NCBI GenBank assembly: GCA_031257115.1
Contig: JAIRPF010000044.1
Coordinates: 9,761-73,760 of the forward strand
Source: Accumulibacter sp.
GTDB lineage: Bacteria; Pseudomonadota; Gammaproteobacteria; Burkholderiales; Rhodocyclaceae
DNA: 64,000 nt
Direction: 5' to 3'
This document shows, piece after piece, positions 21,167 to 30,380 of this stretch. The number at the start of each line of letters is the position of its first letter. Within the stretch, counting starts at the first letter, position 1. The translations under genes were made by a program, and so were the position numbers. A model generated the notes under the pieces. It did no database searches and had not been told where the DNA came from. It saw nothing but the letters and a program-made list of their open reading frames with translations.

Positions 21167-22160
21167 TCACAATCCCCTCGAACGGCCTTCTCCTCACCCG
21201 ATGCGCGAGCGCCAGCGCCGCGGCGGCGTCGACGTCCGCGTCGCTTACCTCGTCGCGGCCGGCCCAGGCGGCAAGCGCCTTGGCGGCCTTGAGCATGACG
21301 ATGTCGCTGCGGTGGCCGTCGACGCCGAGTTTCAGCGAGCGATCGGCGATGGCGTAGAGAATCGCGTCGGACGCCTTGACGCGCGGGTACGCGGCGATCG
21401 CGGCGGCGATCGCCTGCCGCGTCTTTTCGGTTTCCCCGGCCCAGCGTTCGGCGAAGGCGGCGGGGTCGTCCTCGAAGGCGGCTCGGCGCTTGACGACTTC
21501 GACGCGCCGCGCGGGATCGGTGAGGCCCTCGACCTGCACGCACAGGCCGAAACGGTCGAGCAGCTGCGGGCGCAGTTCGCCTTCTTCGGGATTCATCGTG
21601 CCGATCAGCGTGAAGCGCGCCGGATGCGAGAGGCTGACGCCCTCGCGCTCGATGGTGTTGACGCCCATCGCCGCCGAATCGAGCAGCACGTCGACGACGT
21701 GGTCGTCGAGCAGGTTCACCTCGTCCACGTACAGGATGCCACGGTGAGCGGCGGCCAGGAGACCCGGCTCGATCACCTTGCGGCCTTCCTTGAGCGCGGT
21801 TTCGAGGTCGATCGTGCCGATCACGCGATCCTCGGTCGCCGAGACCGGCAGTTCGACGACGCGCACCTTGCGCCGGCGGACGGGAAGCCGCTCTCCGGCC
21901 AGATGGCGCGCCAGCGCGTCCGGCGCCATCGCGCGCGGATCGCGCGGGTCGCTCTGGAACGGATCACCGTCGACGACTTCGATCTCCGGCAGCAGGTCGG
22001 CCAGCGCGCGCACGGCCGTGGATTTGGCGGTGCCCTTCTCGCCGCGGATCAGCACGCCCGACAGGCCGGGGTTGATGACGTTGAGGATCAGGCTGGTCTT
22101 GAGGTCTTCCTGTCCGACGATGGCGACGAAGGGATAAGGGATGGGGCTGTTCGTGGTCAT
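21135..22160 (-). CDS. ChlI/BchI-like AAA+ chelatase subunit
   Basis: [56 protein letters not shown]. Confidence 0.9.
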   Translation of the reverse strand: MTTNSPIPYPFVAIVGQEDLKTSLILNVINPGLSGVLIRGEKGTAKSTAVRALADLLPEIEVVDGDPFQSDPRDPRAMAPDALARHLAGERLPVRRRKVRVVELPVSATEDRVIGTIDLETALKEGRKVIEPGLLAAAHRGILYVDEVNLLDDHVVDVLLDSAAMGVNTIEREGVSLSHPARFTLIGTMNPEEGELRPQLLDRFGLCVQVEGLTDPARRVEVVKRRAAFEDDPAAFAERWAGETEKTRQAIAAAIAAYPRVKASDAILYAIADRSLKLGVDGHRSDIVMLKAAKALAAWAGRDEVSDADVDAAAALALAHRVRRRPFEGIVREGGREKGEG

Positions 22161-22175
22161 GATGGGCTTTCTTTT

Positions 22176-22285
22176 GGTGAAAGGTGAAACGTGAAAAGTG
22201 AGAATTTCCGGCGCTGAGCGCCGCGTAGAACCTACGAAACACCGGTCGGTTTTCCACGTTTCACGTTTCACCTTTCACCTTTCAC
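22176..22285. repeat. heptamer hairpin element (GTGAAAG)n...(CTTTCAC)n
   Basis: ggtgaaaggtgaaacgtgaaaagtga ... ccacgtttcacgtttcacctttcacctttcac. It supplies the stop codon of the chlD-like gene. Confidence 0.8.
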
Positions 22286-24239
22286 AGCTTTTGGCAATCG
22301 AAACGAGGTCCTCGGCGCGGAGTTCCTCGACCTTGAAATAGGCGGCGTCGAGCGCCGTGGCGAGCTGGCGCGCGAGCGCGAGCCGCACGATGCCCGGCGC
22401 CTCGGTGTCGACGACGGCGAAGCGCGCCGTCGGAAAGCGCCGGCCGAGCGCCCCGGCGGCGCGCAGCGCCTCGTCGCGGGCAATGCCGCCGCCGAGCGCG
22501 GCGTTGGCGCGGCCGTCGGTCATCAGGATCACCAGCGGCATGACCGCCGGTTCCTTCAGCAGCGCGCGGCGCAGGACTTCCGCCGCCTCGGCCAGCCCGG
22601 CGGTCAGCGGCGTGCGCCCGCCGACCGGCAGATCGGCCAGCAGGCGGGCGGCGCGCTCGATCGAGCCGGTCGGCTCCAGCACGGTTTCGGCGCCCGCGCC
22701 CCGGAAGCACACCATCGCCACCTTGTCGCGCTTCTGGTAGGCGTCGAGCAGGAGGCTCATGATCGCCGCCTTGGTTTCGACCATGCGCCGCCGCGCGCCC
22801 ATCGAGCCGGAACCGTCGACGACGAAGAGCAGGAAATTGCCGACGCGCCGCTCGCGGATTTTCTCGCGGATGTCGTCCGGCCAGATCAACACCGCCAGGT
22901 CGCGGGTCGCGGCGAAACGGCGAAACCGCTGGTGCGGCGCGGCGGCGCGCAGCGTGGCGTCGAGCGCCAGGTCGTTGCGCTCGGTGCGGCGCGGCGTGCT
23001 CTTGACGTAGCGTCCCTGCCTGCTCGCCGAGCGCGAGCGCGAACGCCGTCCGGAGCCGGCGCGCGGGATTTGATCCTTGGTCTGTTGCGCGATCGGCCGG
23101 ACGGCGTAGGTCGCGCCGATTTCCTGCGCCTCGCCGGGAACGTCGCCGCCGCCATCGTCCTTGCCGTCCCCGGCGTCGCCGCCGTCACAGCCCTTCCCCT
23201 CGTTCGGCGGCGGCGCGGCGGCGCTTTCGCCGTTCTCCCGCGCTTCCTCGCCTTCCGGCGCTTCGCTCGGTGGCGGCTCCGCGGATTCCTCCGTTTCCCG
23301 GTCGTCTGGCTCTTCCATCGGCGGTGGTGGCGGCGGGGGCGGCATTTCCGGTTCGCCGGCGCGCATCCGGTGCAGCAGCGCCATCGGCGCGACGGCCAGG
23401 ATGTCGTCGGCGTTTACGTCGCCGCGTCCATGCCACGCGGCGTGAGCGCGCGCCGCGCGCGCGACGGCGAGGTCGGCGCGATGGCCGGCGACGTGATTGC
23501 GCAGGCAGATTTCGCCGATGAAGGCGGCGAGGTGGGCGGGAATGAGCACATCGGGCAGCCGCTCGCGCGCGGCGGCGAGACGCCGGCCGAGCGCCGCCGT
23601 CTGTTCGCGCCAAGCGGCGGCGAAGGCGTCGGGATCGCCGTCGAAGGCTTCGCGCCGCCTGAGCAGTTCGACGCGCGCGGCGGGATCGGTTTCTCCGCCG
23701 ACCGACACGGCGAGGCCGAAGCGGTCAAGCAGTTGCGGCCGCAGTTCGCCCTCCTCCGGGTTCATCGTGCCGATCAGGATGAAGCGGGCCGGATGGCGCA
23801 GGCTTTGCCCCTCGCGTTCGACGATGTTCTCGCCGCTCTCGGCGGCGTCCAGGATGCTGTCGACGAGATGGTCGTCGAGCAGGTTGACCTCGTCGATGTA
23901 CAGCACGCCGCCGTGCGCGCGCGCGAGCAATCCGGGCTGGAAGCGCGGCTCGCCGTCGCGGATCGCGCGCTCGAAGTCGATCGAACCGATGACCATGTCC
24001 TCGGTCGCGCCGAGCGGAAAATCGACGAAGGGCGGCGACGCGCCGCCGGCGGGCGGCAACAGTTCGCGGATGCCGCGCGCGGCGGTCGACTTGGCGGTGC
24101 CTTTCTCGCCGCGCACGAGCACGCCGCCGATCGCCGGATTGACGGCGTTGAGCAGCAGCGCCAGCTTCATTTCCTCCTGCGCGAGAATCGCCGGAAAGGG
24201 GTAGACGCGGCGCGGCGGGCGGGCGCCGTCCGGCGTCAC
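22275..24239 (-). CDS. ChlD/BchD-like chelatase subunit (AAA + Pro/acidic linker + VWA)
   Basis: [26 protein letters not shown] linker, VVDGSGSMG MIDAS, GGRTPL, MTDGRAN. GTG start overlaps the upstream TGA. Confidence 0.88.
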   Translation of the reverse strand: MTPDGARPPRRVYPFPAILAQEEMKLALLLNAVNPAIGGVLVRGEKGTAKSTAARGIRELLPPAGGASPPFVDFPLGATEDMVIGSIDFERAIRDGEPRFQPGLLARAHGGVLYIDEVNLLDDHLVDSILDAAESGENIVEREGQSLRHPARFILIGTMNPEEGELRPQLLDRFGLAVSVGGETDPAARVELLRRREAFDGDPDAFAAAWREQTAALGRRLAAARERLPDVLIPAHLAAFIGEICLRNHVAGHRADLAVARAARAHAAWHGRGDVNADDILAVAPMALLHRMRAGEPEMPPPPPPPPMEEPDDRETEESAEPPPSEAPEGEEARENGESAAAPPPNEGKGCDGGDAGDGKDDGGGDVPGEAQEIGATYAVRPIAQQTKDQIPRAGSGRRSRSRSASRQGRYVKSTPRRTERNDLALDATLRAAAPHQRFRRFAATRDLAVLIWPDDIREKIRERRVGNFLLFVVDGSGSMGARRRMVETKAAIMSLLLDAYQKRDKVAMVCFRGAGAETVLEPTGSIERAARLLADLPVGGRTPLTAGLAEAAEVLRRALLKEPAVMPLVILMTDGRANAALGGGIARDEALRAAGALGRRFPTARFAVVDTEAPGIVRLALARQLATALDAAYFKVEELRAEDLVSIAKSCER

Positions 24240-25423
24240 GCGGCCCATTGCGGACGGCCCCGTATGCGGTCGATGCGGTCGATGGCCGCGGAAAGCTCGG
24301 CGACGCTGGCGCAGGCCGCCGTCGGAGCGCGCGCGCCGGCAAGGCCGAGCAGGGGCAGTCCGCGCCGCGCCGCGCGCGCCCGGAGGGCGTCGGCCTCGTC
24401 TCCCGCGCCGCCGCCGTCGATGACCATGTCGCAGGCGGAAAGCGCCGTCAGCGCCGCCGCCAGCGTGTCGTCCGCCGACTCGCCAGGCCGGTGGACATGA
24501 CTTTTCGCGCCGAGCGCGGCGGCGACGAAGGCGTCGAGGTCGCCTTCGTCGAACACGCCGGTTTCGATGCTCCATCCCTTCTTGCTGAGCAGCCGGAACA
24601 GCGTCGCGCCGGTGCCGCGCCCGGCGATCACGAAAGCCTTGCCGGCGCGGCCGTCGCCGCGAAACTCGATGCCGCCGAGGCGGCCGTCGAAGTCGGCGGC
24701 GGCGAAGCCGTAGAGGCTGGCCACCTTTTCGGAAGTCAGCACGGCCTCCGGCAAGCCCTGGCCGCAAACCCGCCCGTCGCCGACCAGCAGCACGCCGTCG
24801 GCGATCTTGGCGGCGATGTCGACGTCGTGCAGCGAGGCCAGCACGGTGAGTCCCTTGGCGCGGCACAGCGCGCGCAGGATGCCCAGCACCTCGACGCGGT
24901 GCTTGAGGTCGAGGTGCGCCGTCGGCTCGTCGAGCAGCATCAGCCTCGGCTCCTGCGCCAGCGCCCGCGCCAGGATCGCCTTCTGCCGCTCGCCGTCGCT
25001 CAACTGTTCGACGAGGCGTCCGGCCAGGCCGCCGGCGGCGACCGCGTCGAGCGATTCGCCGACGACCTCGGCATCGCGCGCCGACAGGCGTCCCATGAAG
25101 CCGGTATGGGGATAGCGGCCGAGCGCGACGAACTCGCCGACCGACAGGAGCGGCGGCCGGGCGTTGTCGGTCAGGCAGACCGAGACGATGCGGGCGAGAT
25201 CGAGCGCGGCGATGGCGTTCAAATCCTGTCCGAGGAGGCGTATCTCGCCGGCCAGCGGCCGGATGTGCCGCGACAGGGTGCGCAGCAGCGTCGTCTTGCC
25301 GGCGCCGTTGGGGCCGAGCAGCGCGATGAACTGCCCCGGCCCGAAATCGAGGTCGATGCCGCTCAGCACCGGCCTGCCGTAACCGATGGCGAGTCCCGCG
25401 CTTTGCAGAATGCTCCGGTTCAC
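24236..25423 (-). CDS. FecE/BtuD-like ABC ATPase with C-terminal extension
   Basis: GPNGAGKTT, LSDGERQK, LLDEPTAHLD, SLHD, plus about 140 extra C-terminal residues. Confidence 0.88.
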   Translation of the reverse strand: MNRSILQSAGLAIGYGRPVLSGIDLDFGPGQFIALLGPNGAGKTTLLRTLSRHIRPLAGEIRLLGQDLNAIAALDLARIVSVCLTDNARPPLLSVGEFVALGRYPHTGFMGRLSARDAEVVGESLDAVAAGGLAGRLVEQLSDGERQKAILARALAQEPRLMLLDEPTAHLDLKHRVEVLGILRALCRAKGLTVLASLHDVDIAAKIADGVLLVGDGRVCGQGLPEAVLTSEKVASLYGFAAADFDGRLGGIEFRGDGRAGKAFVIAGRGTGATLFRLLSKKGWSIETGVFDEGDLDAFVAAALGAKSHVHRPGESADDTLAAALTALSACDMVIDGGGAGDEADALRARAARRGLPLLGLAGARAPTAACASVAELSAAIDRIDRIRGRPQWAA

Positions 25424-26481
25424 GACGGCCTCCCTCTTTTCAGCAGCAGACAGATGACCACCGGCGCGCCAAAAAACGCGGTGATCGCCGACAGCGGCAG
25501 TTCGACCGGCGACAGCCACATGCGGGCGATCAGATCGCACAGGCTGGCGATCAGCGCGCCGGCGAGCGCGGCGCCGGGCAGCAGCACGCGGTTGTCGGAA
25601 GTGCCCAGCGAAAGGCGCGCCATGTGCGGCACGGCCAGTCCGATGAAGGCCACCGGCCCGGCCACGGCGGTGACGAGACCGGCCAGCGAGGAGGCGAGCA
25701 GCAGGATCGACACGCGGAAGCGGCGGATGTCGACGCCCATCGAAGCGGCATAATCCTCGCCGAGCAGAAGCGCGTTGAGCGGCTTGCTCATCAGGTAAGC
25801 GCCGCCGAGGATCAGGCCGCCGAGGACGAGCATGATCCACACCTCGATCCATTTGAAGCCGGAAAAGCTGCCCATCTGCCACAGCACGAAGCCCTTGATC
25901 GCCTCCTTTTCCGCCAGCGCGGTGAGGATCGAGGTCGCCGCGCCGCACAGGTAGCCCATCATCAGCCCGATGATCAGGAGCGTCGCGCCGCCGCGCACGC
26001 GCGCGGCGATGGCCACGATCAGCGCGGTCACGCCGTAAGCGCCGAGGCACGAGGCGATGGTGTTGAGGTACGGCGCGTAACCCGAAAAACCCATGCCGAT
26101 GCTGGTCAGCATGACCAGCGAGACCATCACCGTCGAACCGGAGGAGATGCCGAGAATGAACGGCCCGACGATCGGGTTGCGGAAATAGACTTGCAGCAAC
26201 AGTCCGGATACGGCGAGAAAAGCGCCGCCCAGCGCCGCCGCGATGGTTCTCGGCAGGCGGATGTTCCAGACGATGTAGGCGACGTCGCTTTTTCCGGCGG
26301 GATCGAGCAGCGCGCCGAGCAGCTGGTCGACGCTGTACGAGATCGATCCGATGCGCAGGTTGAGCGCCATCATGACGGCGGTCAGCGCCAGCAGCGCGGC
26401 GAAAACGCCGGCGCGGCGGCTGACCGGGACGATCGGCGCGGCGCGGGCGGGAAGGGTTCGGGTTTGTGCGATGGGTGGCAT
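25420..26481 (-). CDS. FecCD/BtuC family permease
   Basis: IRLPRT, FRNPIVGPFILGISSG, EDYAASMGVD, GPVAFIGLAVPH. Start approximate. Confidence 0.9.
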   Translation of the reverse strand: MPPIAQTRTLPARAAPIVPVSRRAGVFAALLALTAVMMALNLRIGSISYSVDQLLGALLDPAGKSDVAYIVWNIRLPRTIAAALGGAFLAVSGLLLQVYFRNPIVGPFILGISSGSTVMVSLVMLTSIGMGFSGYAPYLNTIASCLGAYGVTALIVAIAARVRGGATLLIIGLMMGYLCGAATSILTALAEKEAIKGFVLWQMGSFSGFKWIEVWIMLVLGGLILGGAYLMSKPLNALLLGEDYAASMGVDIRRFRVSILLLASSLAGLVTAVAGPVAFIGLAVPHMARLSLGTSDNRVLLPGAALAGALIASLCDLIARMWLSPVELPLSAITAFFGAPVVICLLLKRGRPS

Positions 26482-26582
26482 GGGAGGTTGGAGGCGGGAA
26501 TCGGGGAAGGGGAGAAGGGCGTGAAAGGTGAAGGGTGAAAAGTGAAACGTGAAAAGTGGAAGGTGGAAGGTGAAAATCGGAC
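26482..26582. repeat. tandem heptamer array (GTGAAAA/GTGGAAG), single arm
   Basis: gtgaaaggtgaagggtgaaaagtgaaacgtgaaaagtggaaggtggaaggtgaaaa between the SBP and permease genes. Confidence 0.8.
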
Positions 26583-26585
26583 GAT

Positions 26586-27698
26586 TCATCCCCCCGGATC
26601 GACGTCCGGCAGTTCGACGAAGAACGACATCCGGTGTCCGGGATAAGCCCGTGGATGCAAAATGGCCGAAATCTCGGTCAGGATTTCGTCGAGCCGGTCG
26701 GCCGATTGCGCGTAATGCGGTTTCGGCGCATAGACGCGGCCTTCCGGGCCGAGCGGGCGAATTCCGGCGATCAGCGGATTGGTGCGCGCCAGGGCCGCTT
26801 TCGACGAAGCGCCGCGTCTCGCCGTGCGGTAGGTGAAGTAGATGTCGGCTTCCTTGCCGCTGTGGATGAATCGCTCGGTGGAAATCTCGATGCACGAGGC
26901 GCCATAAACGTCGTCGAACAGGTAGTCGCTCTGCGCCAGTCCGATCAGCTCGGCGACCCAGGCGTTGCCGGGTTCGACGAGCACGCGCTTCTCGTAGATG
27001 TCGCCCCACATGGCCCTGGGTTTCGGCAGCCCCCGCGTGCGGTCGCGGATGTCTTGCAGCGCCGCGGCGACTTTCTTGAAGTACGCCTTGCCCTCGTTCT
27101 CGCGGCCGAAGAACGGCGCGATGAATTCGACGAAACGCATGTGCGTGTTGAGGCAGGTGGCGATCGGCGTCGTGGTGACCACGACGGGAATGCCCAGGCT
27201 GTCCATCATCGGAATGATCGACGGATCCCAGGTCATCACCACGTCGGGGCGCTGTGTCTTGACGCGCTCGAAGTCGATGGCCGTGCTCGGGCCGACGTAG
27301 GCGATGCGCCCTTCCTCGAAACCCCGGCGCACGTCGTCGCGCGTCCATTTCTCCTTTGGCTCGGTGACGCCGACCAGCGTCTCCGGGACGCCGAGCGCGG
27401 CCAGGATGCCGACCTCGAAGGCGCGGTAGGCGATCACCCGCCGCGCCGGCACCTCGATGACGTCGGTCGGCCCGAAGCCTTCGGGCGCTTTCGCGCCGCG
27501 CGGCACCAGCGCCAGCCGGCGTCCCGCGCCGTCGCGCACCTCGATGTGACCACTCTTCCTGCTCACCGAAAATTCGCCGATGTTCATGAACGACTGTTTC
27601 GGCTTCTGCCCGTCGTTCTGGCAGGCGGCCAGCGCGCCGAGGAGCGTGGTCAAAACGGTCAGACGGACAAGGCATTTGAGCCATGCGGGATTTTTCAT
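26586..27698 (-). CDS. ABC substrate-binding lipoprotein (BtuF/TroA-like)
   Basis: Start MKNPAW at 27698; lipobox LAAC; IDFERVKTQRPDVV; ADIYFTY. Confidence 0.82.
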   Translation of the reverse strand: MKNPAWLKCLVRLTVLTTLLGALAACQNDGQKPKQSFMNIGEFSVSRKSGHIEVRDGAGRRLALVPRGAKAPEGFGPTDVIEVPARRVIAYRAFEVGILAALGVPETLVGVTEPKEKWTRDDVRRGFEEGRIAYVGPSTAIDFERVKTQRPDVVMTWDPSIIPMMDSLGIPVVVTTTPIATCLNTHMRFVEFIAPFFGRENEGKAYFKKVAAALQDIRDRTRGLPKPRAMWGDIYEKRVLVEPGNAWVAELIGLAQSDYLFDDVYGASCIEISTERFIHSGKEADIYFTYRTARRGASSKAALARTNPLIAGIRPLGPEGRVYAPKPHYAQSADRLDEILTEISAILHPRAYPGHRMSFFVELPDVDPGG

Positions 27699-28489
27699 GC
27701 CACTTCCTTTTTCCTGAAATTGCGTCCGTGGAAATACAGGGCGAGTCCGAGCACGAACATCGCCATGCCCAGCCGATAGACGACAGCCGACGGGTCGCGC
27801 CGCACGATGAGCCGGATGTAGTTGTGGCCCGCGCCGCCGCCCGATCTGCGCGGCTGGAAATCGTTCAGGTGGATGCCGACGCCGCCGGCGCGGATCGGCT
27901 CGTTGAAATTGAGCACGGCGGAATATTCCTTGCCGCCGTCGCCGATCGTCATCTGCGCGTTCGGCCGGATGACGTAGCCATCGAAGGCGTCGACACGGTC
28001 TCCGCGAAAAACCTCCGCCCGGAATCCGTGGAACGCCACCGTCACCCCCGCGCCAGGCAGGGAGAAACGCTCGCCCGGACGCAGCGCGCGGCCGGTGTCG
28101 CTGGTGGAAAACAGGTAGCTGCACAGGTAGCCGGCGAGGATGACCAGCACCGCGTAGTGCATCAGGTGCGGCGCGAGGCGGAAGGGCAGCTCGCGCCGGG
28201 CGTGCCCGCGCGCCAGGATGTACAGCACGCGGTCGGTGGTGCAGACGAAAGTGTTCACCGCCAGGCACCCGAGCAGCGCGAGCATGGCGAAAAACCACGC
28301 CGCGTGGCGCGGATTGGCCGCGCCGTAGGTGTCGATCCATTCGAGCAGGCCGGTACGGCTCATCGGCTCGAAAATTTCGAGGTTCTCGCGCAGCGACAGA
28401 TAGCCCAGCGCAAGATCGGCGGCGAGCAGGAAGCACAGCGCGACGGTCAGCCGGATGCTGCGCAGCGAATGCCACGCGCGGAGCATCAT
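27695..28489 (-). CDS. short ResB/CcsB-like membrane protein
   Basis: SIRLTVALCFLL, LAVNTFVCT, HLMHYAVLVILAGYL, FNEPIRAGG. 264 aa, much shorter than canonical ResB. Confidence 0.6.
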   Translation of the reverse strand: MMLRAWHSLRSIRLTVALCFLLAADLALGYLSLRENLEIFEPMSRTGLLEWIDTYGAANPRHAAWFFAMLALLGCLAVNTFVCTTDRVLYILARGHARRELPFRLAPHLMHYAVLVILAGYLCSYLFSTSDTGRALRPGERFSLPGAGVTVAFHGFRAEVFRGDRVDAFDGYVIRPNAQMTIGDGGKEYSAVLNFNEPIRAGGVGIHLNDFQPRRSGGGAGHNYIRLIVRRDPSAVVYRLGMAMFVLGLALYFHGRNFRKKEVA

Positions 28490-29274
28490 CGCGCGCCTCC
28501 CGCGACGGCCAGCGGATCGACGAACGGCCCCATGTCCGGGCCGCCGTTCAGCGCGAGAATCAAGACGGCGCCGAGAACGCTCATCGCGGCGCGCGTCCGG
28601 CGGCTCGATAGCCCACCGAGGTACAGGTGGATGACGCCGACGTAAAACAGCCAGGTGCCGATGGCCGTCAGCGTGGAGGCGTCTTCCCAGACCATCGGCA
28701 CGCCCCAGCCGGTGTAGGACCACATCTCCCCGGAAAACAGCGACAGCGTCCAGAAGCCGAAGCCCCAGACCATCCAGCGGAAAACGCGCGGCATGGCGTC
28801 GTGTCCGCGCAGCGCGGCGCAGCCCCAGGCGCCGGCGACGAACAGGCAGGCGCGGGCAAGCGAGCCGAACAGCAGCGCGCCGTGCGCATACGGCGAGGTC
28901 GTCTTGATCATCGGCAGGTAGAAATCCTTGGGAAAGAAGACGCCGGCGAGCGTCGCGGCCAGACCGAAGGCGATCAGCCAGCGCCGCGCGACGGGCGCGC
29001 CTCCGGGATCATTTTGGGGATCGCTTCCGCGCAGCGACAGCGCGCCGAGAACGGCCAGCAGGGGTGGATGGAGAACGCTGCCGGCGAACATCGGCGTCAT
29101 CGGCCAGCTCGCCCGGTAACGCATACCGGCATAAACGACGCCGGCGGCTGCGGCGAGTAGCCACGGCGCGGCGGCAGCGCGATTCGCGCGTCCCGGCAGC
29201 GACGCGGCGATCAACGCGAAAAGCAACAGCAGCGCTTCGATTGCGAGCACCAGACGGCTCGTTTCCATGCCCAT
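28486..29274 (-). CDS. CcsA/ResC-like heme-handling membrane protein
   Basis: Tryptophan-rich GEMWSYTGWGVPMVWED (variant of WGxxWxWD), with His in AHG and IHLY. Confidence 0.7.
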   Translation of the reverse strand: MGMETSRLVLAIEALLLLFALIAASLPGRANRAAAAPWLLAAAAGVVYAGMRYRASWPMTPMFAGSVLHPPLLAVLGALSLRGSDPQNDPGGAPVARRWLIAFGLAATLAGVFFPKDFYLPMIKTTSPYAHGALLFGSLARACLFVAGAWGCAALRGHDAMPRVFRWMVWGFGFWTLSLFSGEMWSYTGWGVPMVWEDASTLTAIGTWLFYVGVIHLYLGGLSSRRTRAAMSVLGAVLILALNGGPDMGPFVDPLAVAGGAR

Positions 29275-29429
29275 CCCCAGTCACGGTCAAACGGCGCGGG
29301 AAATCACCGGAGGGAACGGCGTCGGACGGTCGAGGCCACGGGGGGCGGAACGAAGGGCACATCGGACGCTGCCCTTGCCACGCCGTGGCATCAGACGGTC
29401 TTCACCCACCCCGGGGAATACCCATCCAC

Positions 29430-29635
29430 GTTTCCAGGCCGGTCTTCTGGCTCGCCGTCGTCCTTCTCCGGCACCTTCCCGCGCGAAACGTCGCGCAGTG
29501 GCGCTTGGCCGGAGTCGTCAGGCTTACAGCAGCGGGGGCTGCGCCGGAATGTCCTGTCTCGCGTATCGAAGAGGAGTCACCGGCTTCCCGTTTCACCCTC
29601 CCCGCGGCCGCGGGGACGGGCACCTGAAACAGGGC
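29430..29635 (-). ncRNA. cobalamin riboswitch
   Basis: Minus strand: AGGTGC...GAAACGGGAAGCCGGTG...CCGGCGCAGCCCCCGCTGCTGTAA...GCCACTG...GGGAAGG...GAGCCAGAAGACCGGCC (B12 box). Confidence 0.9.
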
Positions 29636-29780
29636 GGATTCTATACCCGCCGGTCGGCGAGGAACAAGGGGGTTGCGGGTTTCCGCTGTTCAGGGATCGG
29701 AATTTCCGACCGTATGGATTTGCGACGCTCCACGCCGGCGCTTTTGCCCTGGACGGCGCAATGCGTCTTGCCCCGGCGCG

Positions 29781-30101
29781 TCACAAACCCAGGACGGCGC
29801 GGAGCTTTTCCGAAACGCGCGCCATGTCTTCATCCGATAATCTGCCGATCCGTTTGTCGAGGTCGTTTTTGTCGAACGAGAATATTTTGTCCGTCATGAC
29901 ATAGCTCGCTGTTTTGAGCTTGTTGCCGGCATCGGGATCGATCTTGATGCGGGCGATATCGTTTTCGTTTTCAAAGCTCGTGAACAGACAAGTGATGGTC
30001 GAACCATAAGCATCGTAGCCATCCGCCTGGATCACGAGCACCGGCCGCACCTTTGTTGCGTACAGTTCCGCGCGCGCGATCCATATCTCACCACGCATCA
30101 T
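29781..30101 (-). CDS. PemK/MazF family toxin
   Basis: MRGEIWIA...KVRPVLVIQ...SYVMTDKIFSFDK...IGRL. Confidence 0.85.
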   Translation of the reverse strand: MMRGEIWIARAELYATKVRPVLVIQADGYDAYGSTITCLFTSFENENDIARIKIDPDAGNKLKTASYVMTDKIFSFDKNDLDKRIGRLSDEDMARVSEKLRAVLGL

Positions 30102-30318
30102 TGAGTGCCTTTCTGGATAAACGGCGTGTCATTTGCATCGCGTCCGTTTCGTCATCCGTTTCGGCTTTCAAATCAAAGGGGATACCTCTCGTGGCGACGA
30201 CTTTTTTCAGATAGATGTTGATGCCCGCGCTGGTTGTCAGCCCGATCCGCGAAAAGATCGCATCGGCCCGCTTTTTCAGTTCATCATCGATTTTTATGTT
30301 CAGTGATACGGAGGGCAT
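30088..30318 (-). CDS. RelB/DinJ family antitoxin
   Basis: SLNIKIDDELKKRADAIFSRIGLTTSAGINIYLKKVVATRGIPF; overlaps the toxin start. Confidence 0.85.
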   Translation of the reverse strand: MPSVSLNIKIDDELKKRADAIFSRIGLTTSAGINIYLKKVVATRGIPFDLKAETDDETDAMQMTRRLSRKALNDAW

Positions 30319-30380
30319 CTATATAGACTCCATATGTTTTATTCACGATATACGTATTCTTTCTATCTTATCAGTTCTGG

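Noticed and set aside
21135-24239. Evidence for photosynthesis (Mg-chelatase)
   Set aside because: No bchH or other bch/puf genes; the context is a cobalamin riboswitch and corrinoid genes.
22275-27684. Very long N-terminal extensions in the ORF track for chlD, the ATPase, the permease and the SBP
   Set aside because: They arise from open frames over the upstream gene; true starts were placed at overlapping stop/start junctions.
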